From NCBI GenBank assembly GCA_946965045.2, contig OX337237.1, positions 868,001 through 932,000 on the forward strand: a stretch of DNA of 64,000 nucleotides, given 5' to 3'. The notes under the pieces were generated by a model. The model was given only the letters and a program-made list of their open reading frames with translations. It was not told where the DNA came from and searched no databases. The translations under genes were made by a program, and so were the position numbers. This document shows, in pieces, positions 62,801-64,000 of the stretch (position 1 is the stretch's first letter; each line of letters begins with the position of its first letter). The DNA is from Epithemia pelagica (Eukaryota > Protista > Bacillariophyta).

Positions 62801-64000
62801 TCAGCGTTCTGCTTCTTGTGCCTCCTTCCAGACTTGCTGGATGAACGAGTGCTCTTGATCGAGCGTGCACCGGTGAGTCTTCATACTCACATTCACATAC
62901 TTCTCGATTTCGACAAACAGGATGTCATCTGTTGCACTTTGATTCCTGCTGTCAAACAACAAATAGGTAAGCATGTACCGCCTTGCTTTCGCTGAGAACC
63001 TGCGAACGGTTCTCAGCGAAACTTTCCCCATACTGTCTCTCACCACTTGCATGAACTTCGTCTTGTTGCCTTTCTTGTTTCTTGTCAAGCGTCGGAAGTA
63101 TCGCTTCCCAAGACCCCATGCGTACTCGATCCCTTCACCCGCCAGTTCGCAGTGGTATTTTGGTGTGACGAGGATTTCAAGGTTGCGAGAATATCGCTGC
63201 GAGAGATCAGCCGCCAGTTGTTCGAGGGCTGATCTCTCATTCTTGAAGTCCTCGCACGATCCCATCAGGTAAGTCAAGGAATACTTCTTGTATTCCTCCA
63301 TCTTGTCCTCACAGACCTGTCCTGAACCATCCAACCATGTCTTACTCATGTCCTTGCGGTATTCCTGGAGCTTGGTGGTGTCAATGAAACCACGCTCGCC
63401 CAGAACTTGGAAGAGACCCTTTGGTTGCCCGAGCCAGCCCTGCTCCATGACAACTCGGTCTACCTCGGTTGGTAGCTGCCTTGCTGTCGAAATTGCCTGG
63501 AGCTGGTCAAGGGATTTGGAATGGTAGGCTTGAAGTGCCCTGTCGCCATGTTGAGCTCCTTGTTGAATGTCATGGCGAATGAGCTCACCAATCAATTCTT
63601 TCTTGGACAGCTTGTGTTTCTTTGTTTGATTGGTTGGGTGGTCGAACTTCATTCGTTGTCGTTGCTCCTCAGTGAGAGGAACACCCTTATAAGCAAATGG
63701 GCCAGGGTCCGCATCCGTGTATACCATGGATTGCTTCGACCCTGGCTGAAGACGATGAGGGTGTGGATATGGACCGATGCACTCAACAATTGTCTCATGC
63801 ATTTTGGGTACCACTCCACCCCAATCCTTGTTCATGGTCTTCTCGTTGAGCCCATCCTTCTGTTTTCGTCCATGACCGCTACTGTTGTCAAAGAGAAAAG
63901 CAAAATCAAAGGATGGATAGAGGACCATCAAACAATCAACCAAGTCCTCAAATTGGAGGGCCATGTGATCGTAGTTCCACCAGCCATCATTGTTGGATCC
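62801..64000 (-). CDS. IS630/Tc1-like DDE transposase (partial; frame open to right edge)
   Basis: GSNNDGWWNYDHMALQFED, FLFDNSSGH, KGLFQVLGERG, TPKYHCELAGEGIEYAWG..KRYFR. Confidence 0.78.
   Translation of the reverse strand, partial: GSNNDGWWNYDHMALQFEDLVDCLMVLYPSFDFAFLFDNSSGHGRKQKDGLNEKTMNKDWGGVVPKMHETIVECIGPYPHPHRLQPGSKQSMVYTDADPGPFAYKGVPLTEEQRQRMKFDHPTNQTKKHKLSKKELIGELIRHDIQQGAQHGDRALQAYHSKSLDQLQAISTARQLPTEVDRVVMEQGWLGQPKGLFQVLGERGFIDTTKLQEYRKDMSKTWLDGSGQVCEDKMEEYKKYSLTYLMGSCEDFKNERSALEQLAADLSQRYSRNLEILVTPKYHCELAGEGIEYAWGLGKRYFRRLTRNKKGNKTKFMQVVRDSMGKVSLRTVRRFSAKARRYMLTYLLFDSRNQSATDDILFVEIEKYVNVSMKTHRCTLDQEHSFIQQVWKEAQEAER

Overview
Eukaryotic DNA, most consistent with a pennate diatom (inference from CoDi-type Ty1/copia elements, ASAFAP-like plastid presequences and the gene families present). 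About 40% of the window is LTR retrotransposon, from four copia elements: a deleted derivative running off the left edge (1-2928, minus); a nested pair (outer 26731-43747 with TSD GGTTG; inner intact element 34352-42735 with TSD CCAAC); and a short-LTR element (52964-59178, minus, TSD GAATC). Their primer-binding sites point to three priming modes: a tRNA-Asn anticodon-half primer (two elements), a tRNA-iMet half primer, and LTR self-priming. Host genes include a DEDDh RNA exonuclease, a predicted plastid SufE-MnmA fusion, a GT14 glycosyltransferase, a MAPEG-like protein, a DUF4116-like repeat protein, a PD-(D/E)xK nuclease-like protein and a decaying tandem cluster of HNH-like and membrane LRR paralogs. 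The right end holds a compact cluster of two unknown genes, a minimal SET-domain gene and an IS630/Tc1-like transposase, possibly a cargo-carrying DNA transposon. All family calls come from motif recognition by eye; no database search was run.
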